The translations under genes were made by a program, and so were the position numbers. Positions 9,617-19,219 of a stretch of DNA of 64,000 nucleotides are shown one piece after another. The DNA is from an uncultured Candidatus Saccharibacteria bacterium (lineage in GTDB: Bacteria > Patescibacteriota > Saccharimonadia > Saccharimonadales > UBA10212), in contig OZ246413.1 in assembly GCA_965231085.1 (NCBI GenBank), positions 27,991-91,990 of the forward strand. The letters run 5' to 3'. A model generated the notes under the pieces. That model was not told where the DNA came from and searched no databases. It saw only the letters and a list, made by a program, of their open reading frames with translations. Numbering within the stretch: the stretch's first letter is position 1; every line of letters starts with the position of its first letter.

Positions 9617-10183
9617 ATGAGAATAATAGGCATAGCCGGTACCAATGGGGCAGGTAAAGACACAGTTGGCCAGATACTGGCCGAAGACTATAAATGGATG
9701 TTTGTGTCTGGCTCAGACATTTTAAGAAAAGAGCTTGAACGTCGAGGTTTAGAGATCGAAAGAAGTAATCTCCGTGCGTTAAGTGGAGAATGGCGAAGAA
9801 CCCACGGACTTGGCGTACTAATTGATATGACAGTTGATATCTATAATAGATCCACTGGGCAATATCAGGGATTGGCTATATCAAGTATTCGCAATCCAGG
9901 GGAGGCAGCCAGAGTCCATGAACTTGGTGGAAAAATAATCTGGGTGGATGCAGACCCCAAAATTAGGTACCAAAGAATTTATTCACGAGGTCGTAGTGCC
10001 GAAGATAACAAAACTTTTGAACAATTTTTGTCAGAAGAGCGGGCTGAGATGTCGCATTCTGGCGACGAAACCACCCTAAACATGGCTGGCGTAAAAGCCA
10101 AAGCCGATATTTTTATAGAAAACAACGGCAACAAACTCGACGAATTTAAAAGAGTAATTGCCAGGAAGCTCTCTTTACAATAA
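9617..10183 (+). CDS. P-loop nucleotide/nucleoside kinase family protein
   Basis: Walker A IGIAGTNGAGKDT. About 188 aa, the size and layout of small NMP/dephospho-CoA-kinase-like proteins. Confidence 0.6.
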   Translation: MRIIGIAGTNGAGKDTVGQILAEDYKWMFVSGSDILRKELERRGLEIERSNLRALSGEWRRTHGLGVLIDMTVDIYNRSTGQYQGLAISSIRNPGEAARVHELGGKIIWVDADPKIRYQRIYSRGRSAEDNKTFEQFLSEERAEMSHSGDETTLNMAGVKAKADIFIENNGNKLDEFKRVIARKLSLQ

Positions 10184-10202
10184 ATAAATAATCTGGTATA
10201 AT
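10174..10202 (+). promoter_or_regulatory. Near-consensus sigma-70 promoter TTTACA-17 nt-TATAAT with extended -10 (TGg)
   Basis: TTTACA at 10174..10179; TGGTATAAT at 10194..10202. It overlaps the stop of the kinase gene and lies 60 nt upstream of the GC-rich ORF. Confidence 0.55.
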
Positions 10203-10261
10203 ATCCCCAACTGGAGTTTACACCCAGACGCACCTACGTTTTGAGAGAGGAGAGAAGACGA

Positions 10262-11170
10262 ATGCTGCCCGGAAGCAGCTGGACAACGTGGCGGAACGCC
10301 TACGACCTCATCGGTCATGTGCGCGAGCTCGCCATGGTCAGCGGCATCCTGCTGACGCAGGACCCGACGATCGAGCAGATCGACATGCTCTTCGGCGAGT
10401 GGGGGACTGAGAAGGTCTTCGGCAAGAACGTGCCGAAGGTCATGCAGTCCTGGCGCCTCGGCGACGACGGACTTCCCACCGAGGACATCCAGACCACCCT
10501 GGAGCTGTGCACCAACACGCACGGCGGCCAGGGCGTTCGAACCGTCGACGCGCTGCACTACGTGCAGTGGTTGCCGGAGGTCGACGTCATCGTCACCGGT
10601 GGTGTCGCCAACTGGATGGAGCGGCGGGTCAACGAGCTGCGCAGGCAGTCCGAGCCCCGTCTCGGCCGCTACGGTCTGCGGACCGGCGCGGTCTACATGC
10701 TCGTCAGCGACCGTGTCTGCAACACGGACACGGAGATGAGCAACCGCTACGTGCAGGCCTACCACAAGATGCACAAGCGGTACCCGACGGAACGCGAGCT
10801 CCTGCAGTACCTGCTTTGGACGCGCTGTCGGATCAAGCCGACCGGCGTCTTCGTGGCGAAGAGCCTCGAGGAGCAGGTGCGCCTCTTCGCAGCCAAGATG
10901 AAGCGGCGCTCCAAGAGGGAGTACTACGTGCCGACCAACCTCAACGCCGAGTTCGTGCCGCTGCTCGTGCGGCGCGTGCTCTGCGAGGTCTGGGGTCGGG
11001 AGTTCGACACCTGGAGCGGCCGCCGGTTCTGGTTCAGCTACTCGGCGTTCCCGATCGCGAGCACGCCCGAGCAGCTCGCCGACTCGGCGAACTACCAGAA
11101 TCCGTTCACCATCCCCAGCGGCCTCGCCCGCCTGATCAAGGAGATCTACCTCCTCCACCAGGAGGCCTGA
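10262..11170 (+). CDS. Hypothetical protein on a GC3-rich foreign insert (no recognisable family, no signal peptide)
   Basis: 26 of the first 30 codons end in G/C, versus 12 of 30 for polA. SD GAGAGGAGAG precedes the ATG at 10262. The amino-acid composition of this frame is protein-like, while overlapping ORFs 10175..11158(-) and 10507..11235(+) are Ala/Arg/Pro-rich shadows. Confidence 0.7.
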   Translation: MLPGSSWTTWRNAYDLIGHVRELAMVSGILLTQDPTIEQIDMLFGEWGTEKVFGKNVPKVMQSWRLGDDGLPTEDIQTTLELCTNTHGGQGVRTVDALHYVQWLPEVDVIVTGGVANWMERRVNELRRQSEPRLGRYGLRTGAVYMLVSDRVCNTDTEMSNRYVQAYHKMHKRYPTERELLQYLLWTRCRIKPTGVFVAKSLEEQVRLFAAKMKRRSKREYYVPTNLNAEFVPLLVRRVLCEVWGREFDTWSGRRFWFSYSAFPIASTPEQLADSANYQNPFTIPSGLARLIKEIYLLHQEA

Positions 11171-11195
11171 GCTCCTCGCACAACAACGTAGGTTT

Positions 11196-11231
11196 GAGCC
11201 CCCGTCACCGGACGGGGGCTCTTTCCTTTTT
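11196..11231 (+). terminator. Rho-independent terminator
   Basis: GAGCCCCCGT-CACCGG-ACGGGGGCTC followed by TTTCCTTTTT. Confidence 0.8.
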
Positions 11232-11257
11232 ATAAGATAGAGTATACTAATTAACAG

Positions 11258-13888
11258 ATGAGTGAGCGGCGTAAACGACTAGCAATAATAGACGGTAAGA
11301 GTGTTTTTTACCGCGGCTACTATGCTATGCCAAATCTTAGCACTAACGACGGTGTGCCAACTGGCGGTGTTTATGGCTTTGCGGCCATGAGTCTAGAACT
11401 TATTAAAAAACTAAAACCAGATTATGTGGCAGTAGCGTGGGATAAGCCCAAAACTAACATTCGAGCTCGCCTAAAAATCTACCCAGAGTACAAAGCCGGG
11501 CGCAAAACTCCACCACCAGACTTTTATACGCAAATTCCAATCTTGCACGATCTACTAGACGCTTTTGGCTGGCCACTATTAGAGCTAGACGATTACGAAG
11601 CCGACGATATTATGGGCGCCTTAGCTACTGAGGCACGCAAAAAAGACATCGAAACCATGCTAATTACTTCTGATTTAGATGCGCTGCAGCTAGTAAACGG
11701 ACATGTTAAGGTTTATGCGCTTAAAAAAGGATTCAGCAATATTGAGGAGTTTCATCCAGAAAGTTTTGAAGCCAAGTACGGCATAAAGGTTGAGCAGTAT
11801 CTGGACCTTAAGAGCCTAAAAGGCGATAGCTCCGATAACATCCCAGGTGTACCCGGTATTGGTGAAAAAACAGCCATAGAGCTGCTGCAAAAATATGGTG
11901 ACATGGATGGCATATATAAGCATTTACCAGATATAAAAGAGACAGTTCGTAAAAAGCTCGAGGCTGGCCGAGAGAGCGCCGAGATGAGCAAGAAACTGGC
12001 CCGCATCTGGGTGGAGGCGCCGGTAAAGCTGGATCTTGAAGCCATGGATGTAAACAAATTAGACCCAGATAATCTTCGCACGTTGCTGCAAAAGCTGGAA
12101 TTTAGGAGCTTGCTTAGAAACTTACCAGAAAATATGCGTAGTGATGCTTCTCCTAGCGAAGACATCGTTAATGCAAATATAACTATTGGTAAAAATACTG
12201 TAATTTCTAGTAGCAAGGATTTACCCAAACTTGGTGATTCGGACTACTTCTATATTCATTCACGCTCGGCAGACAAGCATGGGGCTAAGCCGGAAGTGTT
12301 GATTATTAGCTTAGATGGCAAAGACACCTATACGCTAGACTTGCGCAAACTAGATACAGCACTTATTGCCAAGCAGTTTACTAATGTTATGCCACTTGTC
12401 GGCTACGACATAAAAGGCACCATGAAGATGCTTCGCCAAATGGGAGTCAAGGTCCTACCAAAGGTTGGTCACGATGTTTTAGTTGGGGCATTTCTGCTCA
12501 ACCCTCTAGTTAGAGCCCAGTCCCTTACCGAGCTAGCCATTAGCCAACTCAAATACAACGGTTCAAGCCTAGAAGACCTAGACCCCGACGAGCTTATTAC
12601 CAAAGCTCCAGAAGTTATGGCCGTGATTCGTGAGCTGTTCCATGGGCAAGTAAGGGCTCTTGAGCAGGCACCAAGCCTAGAAAAAGTAGCGGCCGAAATT
12701 GACTGGCCAATAATACCGGTCCTCGCCGACATGGAGCTAGCTGGTATTAAGCTAGACCCTGGATATTTAAAAAATTTCTCAAAGCAGATAGATGGCACAA
12801 TCTCAGATCTTGAACAAAACATTTATGGCCACGCTGACCAGGAGTTTAACATCAGCTCGCCCTTGCAGCTGGCCGACATACTTTTTGTAAAACTTAACTT
12901 GCCTAAAGAGGGGATTAAGAAGGGTAAAACTGGCTACAGCACGGCAGCCAGTGAGCTAGAAAAGCTCAAAGGCCTACACCCGATTATCGAACTTATTAGC
13001 CAGTACCGCGAAGTCACCAAATTAAAGAACACATATGTTGATACTCTGCCAAAACTAGTGGACGAAAACAGTAGGGTGCATACAACTTTTAACCTCACTA
13101 TTGCTCAAACCGGTAGATTATCTAGTACTGACCCAAATTTGCAAAATATCCCAGTTAAGACCGATCTTGGCAAAAAAATTCGCACAGCCTTTATAGCAGA
13201 AAAGGGCCATAGTTTTGTTAGCGCAGACTACTCACAGTTTGAGCTACGTATTGCCGCCGCATTATCGGACGACAAAAGCATGATAAAGGCCTTTAATGAT
13301 GACCAAGACATTCATGTAAAAACCGCAGCCGAGATTTATGGAATTAAGCCCGAGGAAGTTACAAAAGCTCAGCGCTCATCCGTAAAAGCCGTTAACTTTG
13401 GTATTTTGTACGGCCTTGGCCCGCATGCCTTAAGCCAAAGCACAGGCATGACCTTTGGTGAAGCACGCGAGTTTATAGCGAAATATTTTGAGATTCGCCC
13501 CGAGCTAAAAGCCTTAATCGAATCAGAGCGCAAAAAAGCCGAAAAGCAGGGCTACGTAGAAACTATGCTTGGCCGGCGTCGCCCAACGCCAGATGTGCAT
13601 TCATCAAACTTTGCGGTACGTGAGGCCGCGTATAGAGCAGCCGTGAATATGCCGTTCCAAGGTACCGCGGCAGACATTATGAAACTTGCCATGATAGCCG
13701 TAGCTAAAAAACTTCCAGAGGGCGCACAAATGCTATTGCAAATCCACGACAGTATTTTAATTGAGTGCAAGGATGGGCAGGTGAGCGAAGTCAGCAAACT
13801 TCTAAAAGAAACTATGGAGAGTATTTATAAACTACCCGTGCATTTAAAGGCGGATATTAGTACTGGCAAAAATTGGGGTGAACTGTAA
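11258..13888 (+). CDS. polA: DNA polymerase I
   Basis: 876 aa. 5'-nuclease N-terminus (DGKSVFYRGYYA), polymerase motifs DYSQFELRI and QIHDSILIE. Confidence 0.95.
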   Translation: MSERRKRLAIIDGKSVFYRGYYAMPNLSTNDGVPTGGVYGFAAMSLELIKKLKPDYVAVAWDKPKTNIRARLKIYPEYKAGRKTPPPDFYTQIPILHDLLDAFGWPLLELDDYEADDIMGALATEARKKDIETMLITSDLDALQLVNGHVKVYALKKGFSNIEEFHPESFEAKYGIKVEQYLDLKSLKGDSSDNIPGVPGIGEKTAIELLQKYGDMDGIYKHLPDIKETVRKKLEAGRESAEMSKKLARIWVEAPVKLDLEAMDVNKLDPDNLRTLLQKLEFRSLLRNLPENMRSDASPSEDIVNANITIGKNTVISSSKDLPKLGDSDYFYIHSRSADKHGAKPEVLIISLDGKDTYTLDLRKLDTALIAKQFTNVMPLVGYDIKGTMKMLRQMGVKVLPKVGHDVLVGAFLLNPLVRAQSLTELAISQLKYNGSSLEDLDPDELITKAPEVMAVIRELFHGQVRALEQAPSLEKVAAEIDWPIIPVLADMELAGIKLDPGYLKNFSKQIDGTISDLEQNIYGHADQEFNISSPLQLADILFVKLNLPKEGIKKGKTGYSTAASELEKLKGLHPIIELISQYREVTKLKNTYVDTLPKLVDENSRVHTTFNLTIAQTGRLSSTDPNLQNIPVKTDLGKKIRTAFIAEKGHSFVSADYSQFELRIAAALSDDKSMIKAFNDDQDIHVKTAAEIYGIKPEEVTKAQRSSVKAVNFGILYGLGPHALSQSTGMTFGEAREFIAKYFEIRPELKALIESERKKAEKQGYVETMLGRRRPTPDVHSSNFAVREAAYRAAVNMPFQGTAADIMKLAMIAVAKKLPEGAQMLLQIHDSILIECKDGQVSEVSKLLKETMESIYKLPVHLKADISTGKNWGEL

Positions 13889-14745
13889 TGGACTTGAGCA
13901 GTGAGATTTTTGACTTGGAGATCGTTGATTGGCAAGGGGCCAAGGCAGTTAAAAAAACCGCTAAGCCAGATGCACCACAGGCAAGGATAGATCGTCTGCA
14001 AAATGATGTCTATGGCATGCAGTTTTTTGACCAGCTTGCTGGCAAGCATCCCGCAATTGAACTTTATATTCCAGAGGTGTTTGAAACTAGCGAAAAAAGT
14101 TATACACGAGAATACATTCCAGGCCAGCCGCTGATAAATGAACAAATGGATTTATCAGAAGCAGCACCCAAACTTGATAAACTAGCCCAGGTTTTAGCAG
14201 AAGTAGATAAAATTGAACCCTACGGCGACATAAAGTTTGTAGGTTCAAGCGATTACCGCAATATACTAAGTAGCGTTAACAAATGGTCATCTCAACAGAT
14301 ACATGAGGGCGTTAATACTAAGGAACGGGTTGATGCAGCGATACAAAAAATAGTAGAGCTTAGTAAGTATTTGCGGCCAAGAATTGCTCATGGCGACATG
14401 TCGCCGCACAAACATGTCTATTTAAAAGACGGTAAAATTGCTCTGATAGATTTTGAAAATTTCACACCAAATGCCGCCCGCTATTACGACGCGGCCTGGG
14501 CCTATGCGCGGCTTTATGCGGTTGCTAAAACTCCAGATATTGCTAAGTATTTTTTAAAAAGTTTTATAGAAAAATCTGTGGAAACAGAACATAAAGAAGA
14601 ACAATTACTAGCCGTATTAACACAGCGCATTCTGGGCTTGCAGTACGATGCTTCGGTAGATTACCGCAAAGGTTTGGAGTACCGCACTCGAGCCGTAAAA
14701 CTAATGGACATTTGCCTAGAAGGCAATTTAGATCTACTTTACTGA
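13888..14745 (+). CDS. Aminoglycoside/choline-kinase-like phosphotransferase (APH fold)
   Basis: IAHGDMSPHKHVYL..IALIDFEN resembles the HGDxxxxN / DFE kinase motifs. The start overlaps the polA stop. Confidence 0.55.
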   Translation: MDLSSEIFDLEIVDWQGAKAVKKTAKPDAPQARIDRLQNDVYGMQFFDQLAGKHPAIELYIPEVFETSEKSYTREYIPGQPLINEQMDLSEAAPKLDKLAQVLAEVDKIEPYGDIKFVGSSDYRNILSSVNKWSSQQIHEGVNTKERVDAAIQKIVELSKYLRPRIAHGDMSPHKHVYLKDGKIALIDFENFTPNAARYYDAAWAYARLYAVAKTPDIAKYFLKSFIEKSVETEHKEEQLLAVLTQRILGLQYDASVDYRKGLEYRTRAVKLMDICLEGNLDLLY

Positions 14746-15825
14746 AACTACGCCGGCGTCAGCGTCAACGCTAATTAGCTGGCCGTTTTCTAGAATCTCT
14801 GTAGCGTTACTACAACCCACAATGCAGGGCACTTTAAGCTCACGGGCGACAATTGCGGCGTGAGACAATATGCCGCCCTGGTCAGTCACAATGGCGGCAG
14901 CCTTTTTCATTAAGGGTACGAAGGCTGGGGTTGTAACCTTGCACACTAATATTGAGCCTTTGGGAAAAGGTTTATTGATATCCTGGGCATCAACAATGCA
15001 TACTTTGCCCTTGGCCTTACCCATACAGCCAGTCTGGCCGCTCACTAAACCACTGCTAGCGGTAGTTCTAAACACAGTATCTTCGTACATTTTGCCTAAA
15101 CTCTGGGAATAGTCGATAAACCAAGTTCCGGCGTCTGAATCCGTTGATTCAAAATAGCCTTCCAGATAATCATTGCTAAAAGTTGAGCCTAATTCAGATA
15201 GCAGTTTTTTTTGGATAGTTTTGTTTGGCACGTGTAGGTAGGCGGCAAGTTTTTTAACGTGCTCTAGGGCTTTGTCGTTCTTTGGTAGCATCTTCCAGGT
15301 CTTATAGTCGTAGCGAAAAACGTGTGGCGTGGCTGTTTCATGAAAGCCTTGCGTTAATTGGTGGTGCCCCCCAGAAATTATTTCGCCCTGAATGCCATGT
15401 TTATTAACTACAAAAATAGCGCCCCAGTGGTTGTGCTCCGAGTGGGGAACAAAGTCAGCCTTGTATTTGCCGGCATCAATGTTTTGTTCTAGAAACCATT
15501 TATAGGCCTCTGCAACAGATTTGCCCCGCATTCTTAACTTGGGCAGCCCTTCTTCTTTTGGCATGAGCCTAAGAGCGCAAAGTTCAGAGCCCGATTCTTC
15601 TAAATATTTTTTTAAAGCCGGGGTTTTATTTGCCAAATCTAGGCCGTCAAACTGAACTGGTCTATCAAAAGGGAGGCTTATTAACTCATTTAGAACTTTT
15701 AGGCGCTCACGTTTGTCGTTATCTTCGCGGCGAATTAGAGCTGCATCTTTGTGTTTGATATCCTCTAGCCATTCCGTTAGTGACTTTTGGGTGTGCCAAA
15801 TTGCGGCTAGCTTGTGATCTGACAT
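14734..15825 (-). CDS. PEP-utilising enzyme, unknown middle domain plus C-terminal phosphohistidine swivel domain
   Basis: C-terminus TDQGGILSHAAIVARELKVPCIVG is the PEP-utilisers mobile-domain signature. Confidence 0.75.
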   Translation of the reverse strand: MSDHKLAAIWHTQKSLTEWLEDIKHKDAALIRREDNDKRERLKVLNELISLPFDRPVQFDGLDLANKTPALKKYLEESGSELCALRLMPKEEGLPKLRMRGKSVAEAYKWFLEQNIDAGKYKADFVPHSEHNHWGAIFVVNKHGIQGEIISGGHHQLTQGFHETATPHVFRYDYKTWKMLPKNDKALEHVKKLAAYLHVPNKTIQKKLLSELGSTFSNDYLEGYFESTDSDAGTWFIDYSQSLGKMYEDTVFRTTASSGLVSGQTGCMGKAKGKVCIVDAQDINKPFPKGSILVCKVTTPAFVPLMKKAAAIVTDQGGILSHAAIVARELKVPCIVGCSNATEILENGQLISVDADAGVVSVK

Positions 15826-15839
15826 TTACTTACATTCTA

Positions 15840-16568
15840 TCAGGCAATAGTCGTGATTGGACGGCTTTGTAGTACATAAAATTTACCACCGGCGTATGCC
15901 CACTCAACATCTACGGGAAATCCAAAGAACGCTTCAATATCTCTAACTAGCCCAGATAAGTCACCTATTTGTTTGTCGGTGAGCAGTGGGTCGGGGCTAC
16001 TTCTTGTAATATTAGTCAATTTGACTACGTATGTGTCCGGAGTTATATCGCCTGATACGAGCTTATCGCCAAGACCTTTGGTGGCTTCAATGACGATTTC
16101 ATCTTTAGAATTATTTATAGGGTTGGCCGAAAAAGCTACACCAGCAAAGTCTGGGCGAACCATCTTCTGGACAATAACAGCCACCTTGCCTGGCAGGGTG
16201 TCCATATCTTTGGAGTAAGCTAAAGCTCGAGCCGAATTTGCTGAAGATATACATTCCTTTATTTTGACGATAAGCTCGTTTTTATTGATATTCAAAAATG
16301 ATTCAAATTGGCCAGCCCAGGATGACTTTTGCCCATCTTCGGCTACTGCACTAGAGCGAACCGCTACACGCTCTAAACCCAATGCTTCAACCCACTTCAT
16401 AATTTCACTTTCTAAAGCAGGAGACATTTTGGCGTTTGTGCCGATAACGAAACCTGAGGGGACGTTAAACCCGCCTCTCATCAGCTTTGCCAAACTAGCC
16501 GCTTTGCCGCCAAATAGCTTTATGTCATCGGCCGTTTCGAGGTTTATAATTTCGGGCATCGTATGCAT
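15840..16568 (-). CDS. PEP synthase/PPDK N-terminal ATP-grasp (nucleotide-binding) domain protein
   Basis: FGGKAASLAKL..GFNVPSGFVI..VAVRSSAVAEDG..WAGQFESFLN. It lies 14 nt upstream of the swivel-domain ORF on the same strand. Confidence 0.8.
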   Translation of the reverse strand: MHTMPEIINLETADDIKLFGGKAASLAKLMRGGFNVPSGFVIGTNAKMSPALESEIMKWVEALGLERVAVRSSAVAEDGQKSSWAGQFESFLNINKNELIVKIKECISSANSARALAYSKDMDTLPGKVAVIVQKMVRPDFAGVAFSANPINNSKDEIVIEATKGLGDKLVSGDITPDTYVVKLTNITRSSPDPLLTDKQIGDLSGLVRDIEAFFGFPVDVEWAYAGGKFYVLQSRPITTIA

Positions 16569-16582
16569 ACTATAGATAATAA

Positions 16583-17173
16583 ATGATTAAAGCTGTAATT
16601 TTCGATTGTTTTGGAGTCATCATTAGCGATGGTCTTAAGCAGTTTATGGAAGAACTGGATAAAACCAACCCAGAGGCTCGGCAAACAATAAATTATTACG
16701 TGCGGCTCGCAAATAGTGGGCAGATCCCAGAAAGTGAATACGGCAAGGCTGTGTCCGAAGCTCTTAATATTCCGATAGAAGAGTGGCGTTCAAAAATTAA
16801 ATCTGGCGAGCATAAGGACCCTAGAGTAATCGAATATATAAAATCAACTAGAAAGAATTATAAAACTGCTTTGCTTAGTAATTTAGCGAGTAAAGAAAGC
16901 ATGAACCGCCGGTTTAGCGAAGACGAACTTAAAGAACTATTCGACGTTATTGTTATATCTGGCGAGGTTGGAGTGCAAAAACCTAACCCAGAAATATATC
17001 AAGTTACGGTCGAAAGATTAGGCGTAGATCCAAATGAGTGCGTATTTATAGATGATATCGAGCGGTTTTGTACGGCTGCAAAAGAGGTTGGTATGCAGGC
17101 CATTTGGTATAAAGACTTCAACCAAGCTAAAGGCGAGCTGGAGACGCTTTTAGCTGCCGACTCTGATAACTAA
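16583..17173 (+). CDS. HAD-superfamily hydrolase, subfamily IA-like
   Basis: Motif I VIFDCFGVI (D-x-F, haloacid-dehalogenase-like variant), KPNPEIY, FIDDIE. Confidence 0.75.
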   Translation: MIKAVIFDCFGVIISDGLKQFMEELDKTNPEARQTINYYVRLANSGQIPESEYGKAVSEALNIPIEEWRSKIKSGEHKDPRVIEYIKSTRKNYKTALLSNLASKESMNRRFSEDELKELFDVIVISGEVGVQKPNPEIYQVTVERLGVDPNECVFIDDIERFCTAAKEVGMQAIWYKDFNQAKGELETLLAADSDN

Positions 17174-17389
17174 CTTATCTTTTAACCTGAACTTATCTTT
17201 TATTTTGCCCCGCTCAAACTGCAGAGTTGAGGCGAGCGATGAGCTCCGCACGCTGATAATTATTGCGCCTCGGTCAATCTTTATATTGCAGCGGCTATTA
17301 TATTTGCGGAAAATGTAATCTTTAATTAACTCCATCTCGTTTGGCGGGGTAAAATCTTTTTTGCCAAGAATATCTTGAAGGCTATCCAT
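17150..17389 (-). CDS. Small DUF721/DciA-like protein
   Basis: 79 aa. GAIIISVRSSSLASTLQFERGKIKDKF resembles the DUF721 pattern. The assignment is weak. Confidence 0.4.
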   Translation of the reverse strand: MDSLQDILGKKDFTPPNEMELIKDYIFRKYNSRCNIKIDRGAIIISVRSSSLASTLQFERGKIKDKFRLKDKLVIRVGS

Positions 17390-17432
17390 AACTACAACAA
17401 TCAGTATAACTCCTTACAGTTATAATTAGGAT

Positions 17433-18308
17433 ATGCCGGAGCTTCCAGAGGTAGAAACAATTCGAATTGGGCTAGCCAAGCTATTGCCCGATCTTGAAAT
17501 TAAAGATGTGTGGCACGACTGGCCAAAGTCTTTCCCGAACGCACCAGCTGATGTGGCTCGGTTTTTAATTGGGGCTAAAGTTACCAAGGTCCGTCGTCGT
17601 GCCAAGGTGTTGATTATTGAACTTTCAAGCGGTTGGTCCTTAGTAATACATCTAAAAATGACTGGCCAGCTTGTATATATAGGCGATAAACGTTTCGGAG
17701 CAGGGCATCCAAACAAAGACTTGGTAGAGAGTTTACCGGCTAAGGCTACACGCGTAGTCATAGATTTTACAGATGATTCTAAACTATATTTTAATGATCA
17801 ACGTAAATTTGGTTGGATGAGGCTACTGCCAACAATTGAGATTCCAGAGATTAATTTCTTTAAAACCGTTGGTCCCGAGCCTCTAGACGATAACTTCACG
17901 GCTGCCGCTTTTATAGATCGACTCATGAGGCGCAGTAAAAGTGGTATTAAGGCTGTTTTGCTGGACCAGACTGTAATTGCCGGTGTGGGCAATATTTACG
18001 CCGACGAGGCATTATGGGCGGCTAAAATACATCCTTTGAGCATTGTCTCGGACATTTCAAAAGCCAAATTGGTGTTGTTACACAACAAACTGCGGGAAAT
18101 CCTTAGCTTAAGTATTAAGTTGGGCGGCAGCACCGACAAAAACTATGTTGACGCCGAAGGAAAAAAAGGCAGTTACTTAAAGTTTGCTCAGGTGTTTAGG
18201 CGCGAGGGGTTGGCTTGCCCGCGCTGCGGCAACATTATAAAGAAAACTCGCGTCGCCGGCCGAGGTACTCACATATGCAAGGTATGTCAGAAGGTAAAAA
18301 TCAAATGA
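17433..18308 (+). CDS. mutM: Formamidopyrimidine-DNA glycosylase
   Basis: N-terminal MPELPEVE and C-terminal zinc finger CPRCGNIIKKTRVAGRGTHICKVCQ. Confidence 0.92.
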   Translation: MPELPEVETIRIGLAKLLPDLEIKDVWHDWPKSFPNAPADVARFLIGAKVTKVRRRAKVLIIELSSGWSLVIHLKMTGQLVYIGDKRFGAGHPNKDLVESLPAKATRVVIDFTDDSKLYFNDQRKFGWMRLLPTIEIPEINFFKTVGPEPLDDNFTAAAFIDRLMRRSKSGIKAVLLDQTVIAGVGNIYADEALWAAKIHPLSIVSDISKAKLVLLHNKLREILSLSIKLGGSTDKNYVDAEGKKGSYLKFAQVFRREGLACPRCGNIIKKTRVAGRGTHICKVCQKVKIK

Positions 18309-19219
18309 TAGTTACATTAACAGGCAGTAACCAGTATCAGATAAAGCAGAAACTCGACCTACTTATTGGTGAGTTCGTAAAACAGCACGGCGAATTGGCG
18401 CTAGAAAAGTTCGATGGGGAAGAGCTAGAGGTTAATCAGCTAGTAGATGCCGTTCAAAACTTGCCTTTCTTATCTACCAAGAAGATGGTGGTAGTTAGAA
18501 ACTTGAGCCTGAATAAGACTGGCGCAGAAACCATTGAGCAAATTATTAGTGCAGTTCACGAAGGCGTAGACTTAATATTTTATGAACCTCACATAGACAA
18601 ACGAACCGGGTATTATAAGGTATTAAAGTCTAAAACTGACTTCCTGGAAATGAGTGAGCTAGACAACAGCACTCTGGCTAAGTGGCTCGTGGAGGAAGCC
18701 AGTCAGACTGGGGCTAGATTGAGCCAAGCGGACGCTATTTACTTAATTGATAGGGTTGGTACCAATCAAGTGTTGCTAGCAAACGAGCTGACCAAGCTTA
18801 TCACTTACAGCCAAAAAATTACGCGCGAAAACATTAATTTATTGACTGAAAAAACACCCCAGAGTAAAGTTTTTGACCTAATGGACGCGGCTTTTGCAGG
18901 CAATCGGGTTAGGGCACTGGAACTTTATGATGAGCAAAGAGCTCAAAAAGTTGAACCACAGGAAATTATTGCTATGTTTGCGTGGCAGCTACGCCTTATA
19001 GCAGCCGCCAAGTATGCAGGCAATAAAAAACCCGCTGATATAGCCAAAGATTTTGGCATGAGCCCGTACCCAGTTACTAAAGCTTTCGGGTTAGCAAAAA
19101 AAACAAGCGAGGCTAAGCTTACTCAGATGGTTTCAGAGCTACTAAAAATCGATAGGCTAGGCAAGACTAGTCCTATCGATTTAGATGAAGCTCTAAAGAA
19201 TTATATAATCGGTCTTTAA
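18305..19219 (+). CDS. holA: DNA polymerase III delta subunit
   Basis: About 304 aa from ATG 18305 (ATGA overlap with the mutM stop). General HolA layout, with LLANELTKL and VFDLMDA regions. Confidence 0.75.
   Translation: MIVTLTGSNQYQIKQKLDLLIGEFVKQHGELALEKFDGEELEVNQLVDAVQNLPFLSTKKMVVVRNLSLNKTGAETIEQIISAVHEGVDLIFYEPHIDKRTGYYKVLKSKTDFLEMSELDNSTLAKWLVEEASQTGARLSQADAIYLIDRVGTNQVLLANELTKLITYSQKITRENINLLTEKTPQSKVFDLMDAAFAGNRVRALELYDEQRAQKVEPQEIIAMFAWQLRLIAAAKYAGNKKPADIAKDFGMSPYPVTKAFGLAKKTSEAKLTQMVSELLKIDRLGKTSPIDLDEALKNYIIGL

Noticed and set aside
10175-11235. Long ORFs 10175..11158 (-) and 10507..11235 (+) overlapping the 10262..11170 gene. The same situation occurs at 52045..52611 (+), 52142..53176 (-), 52174..52446 (-), 52579..52872 (-), 52696..52974 (+) and 52971..53249 (+).
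   Set aside because: High-GC DNA keeps several frames open. These translations are Ala/Arg/Pro/Gly-rich low-information strings. Only one frame in each island shows strong G/C at third positions, an SD and a balanced composition.
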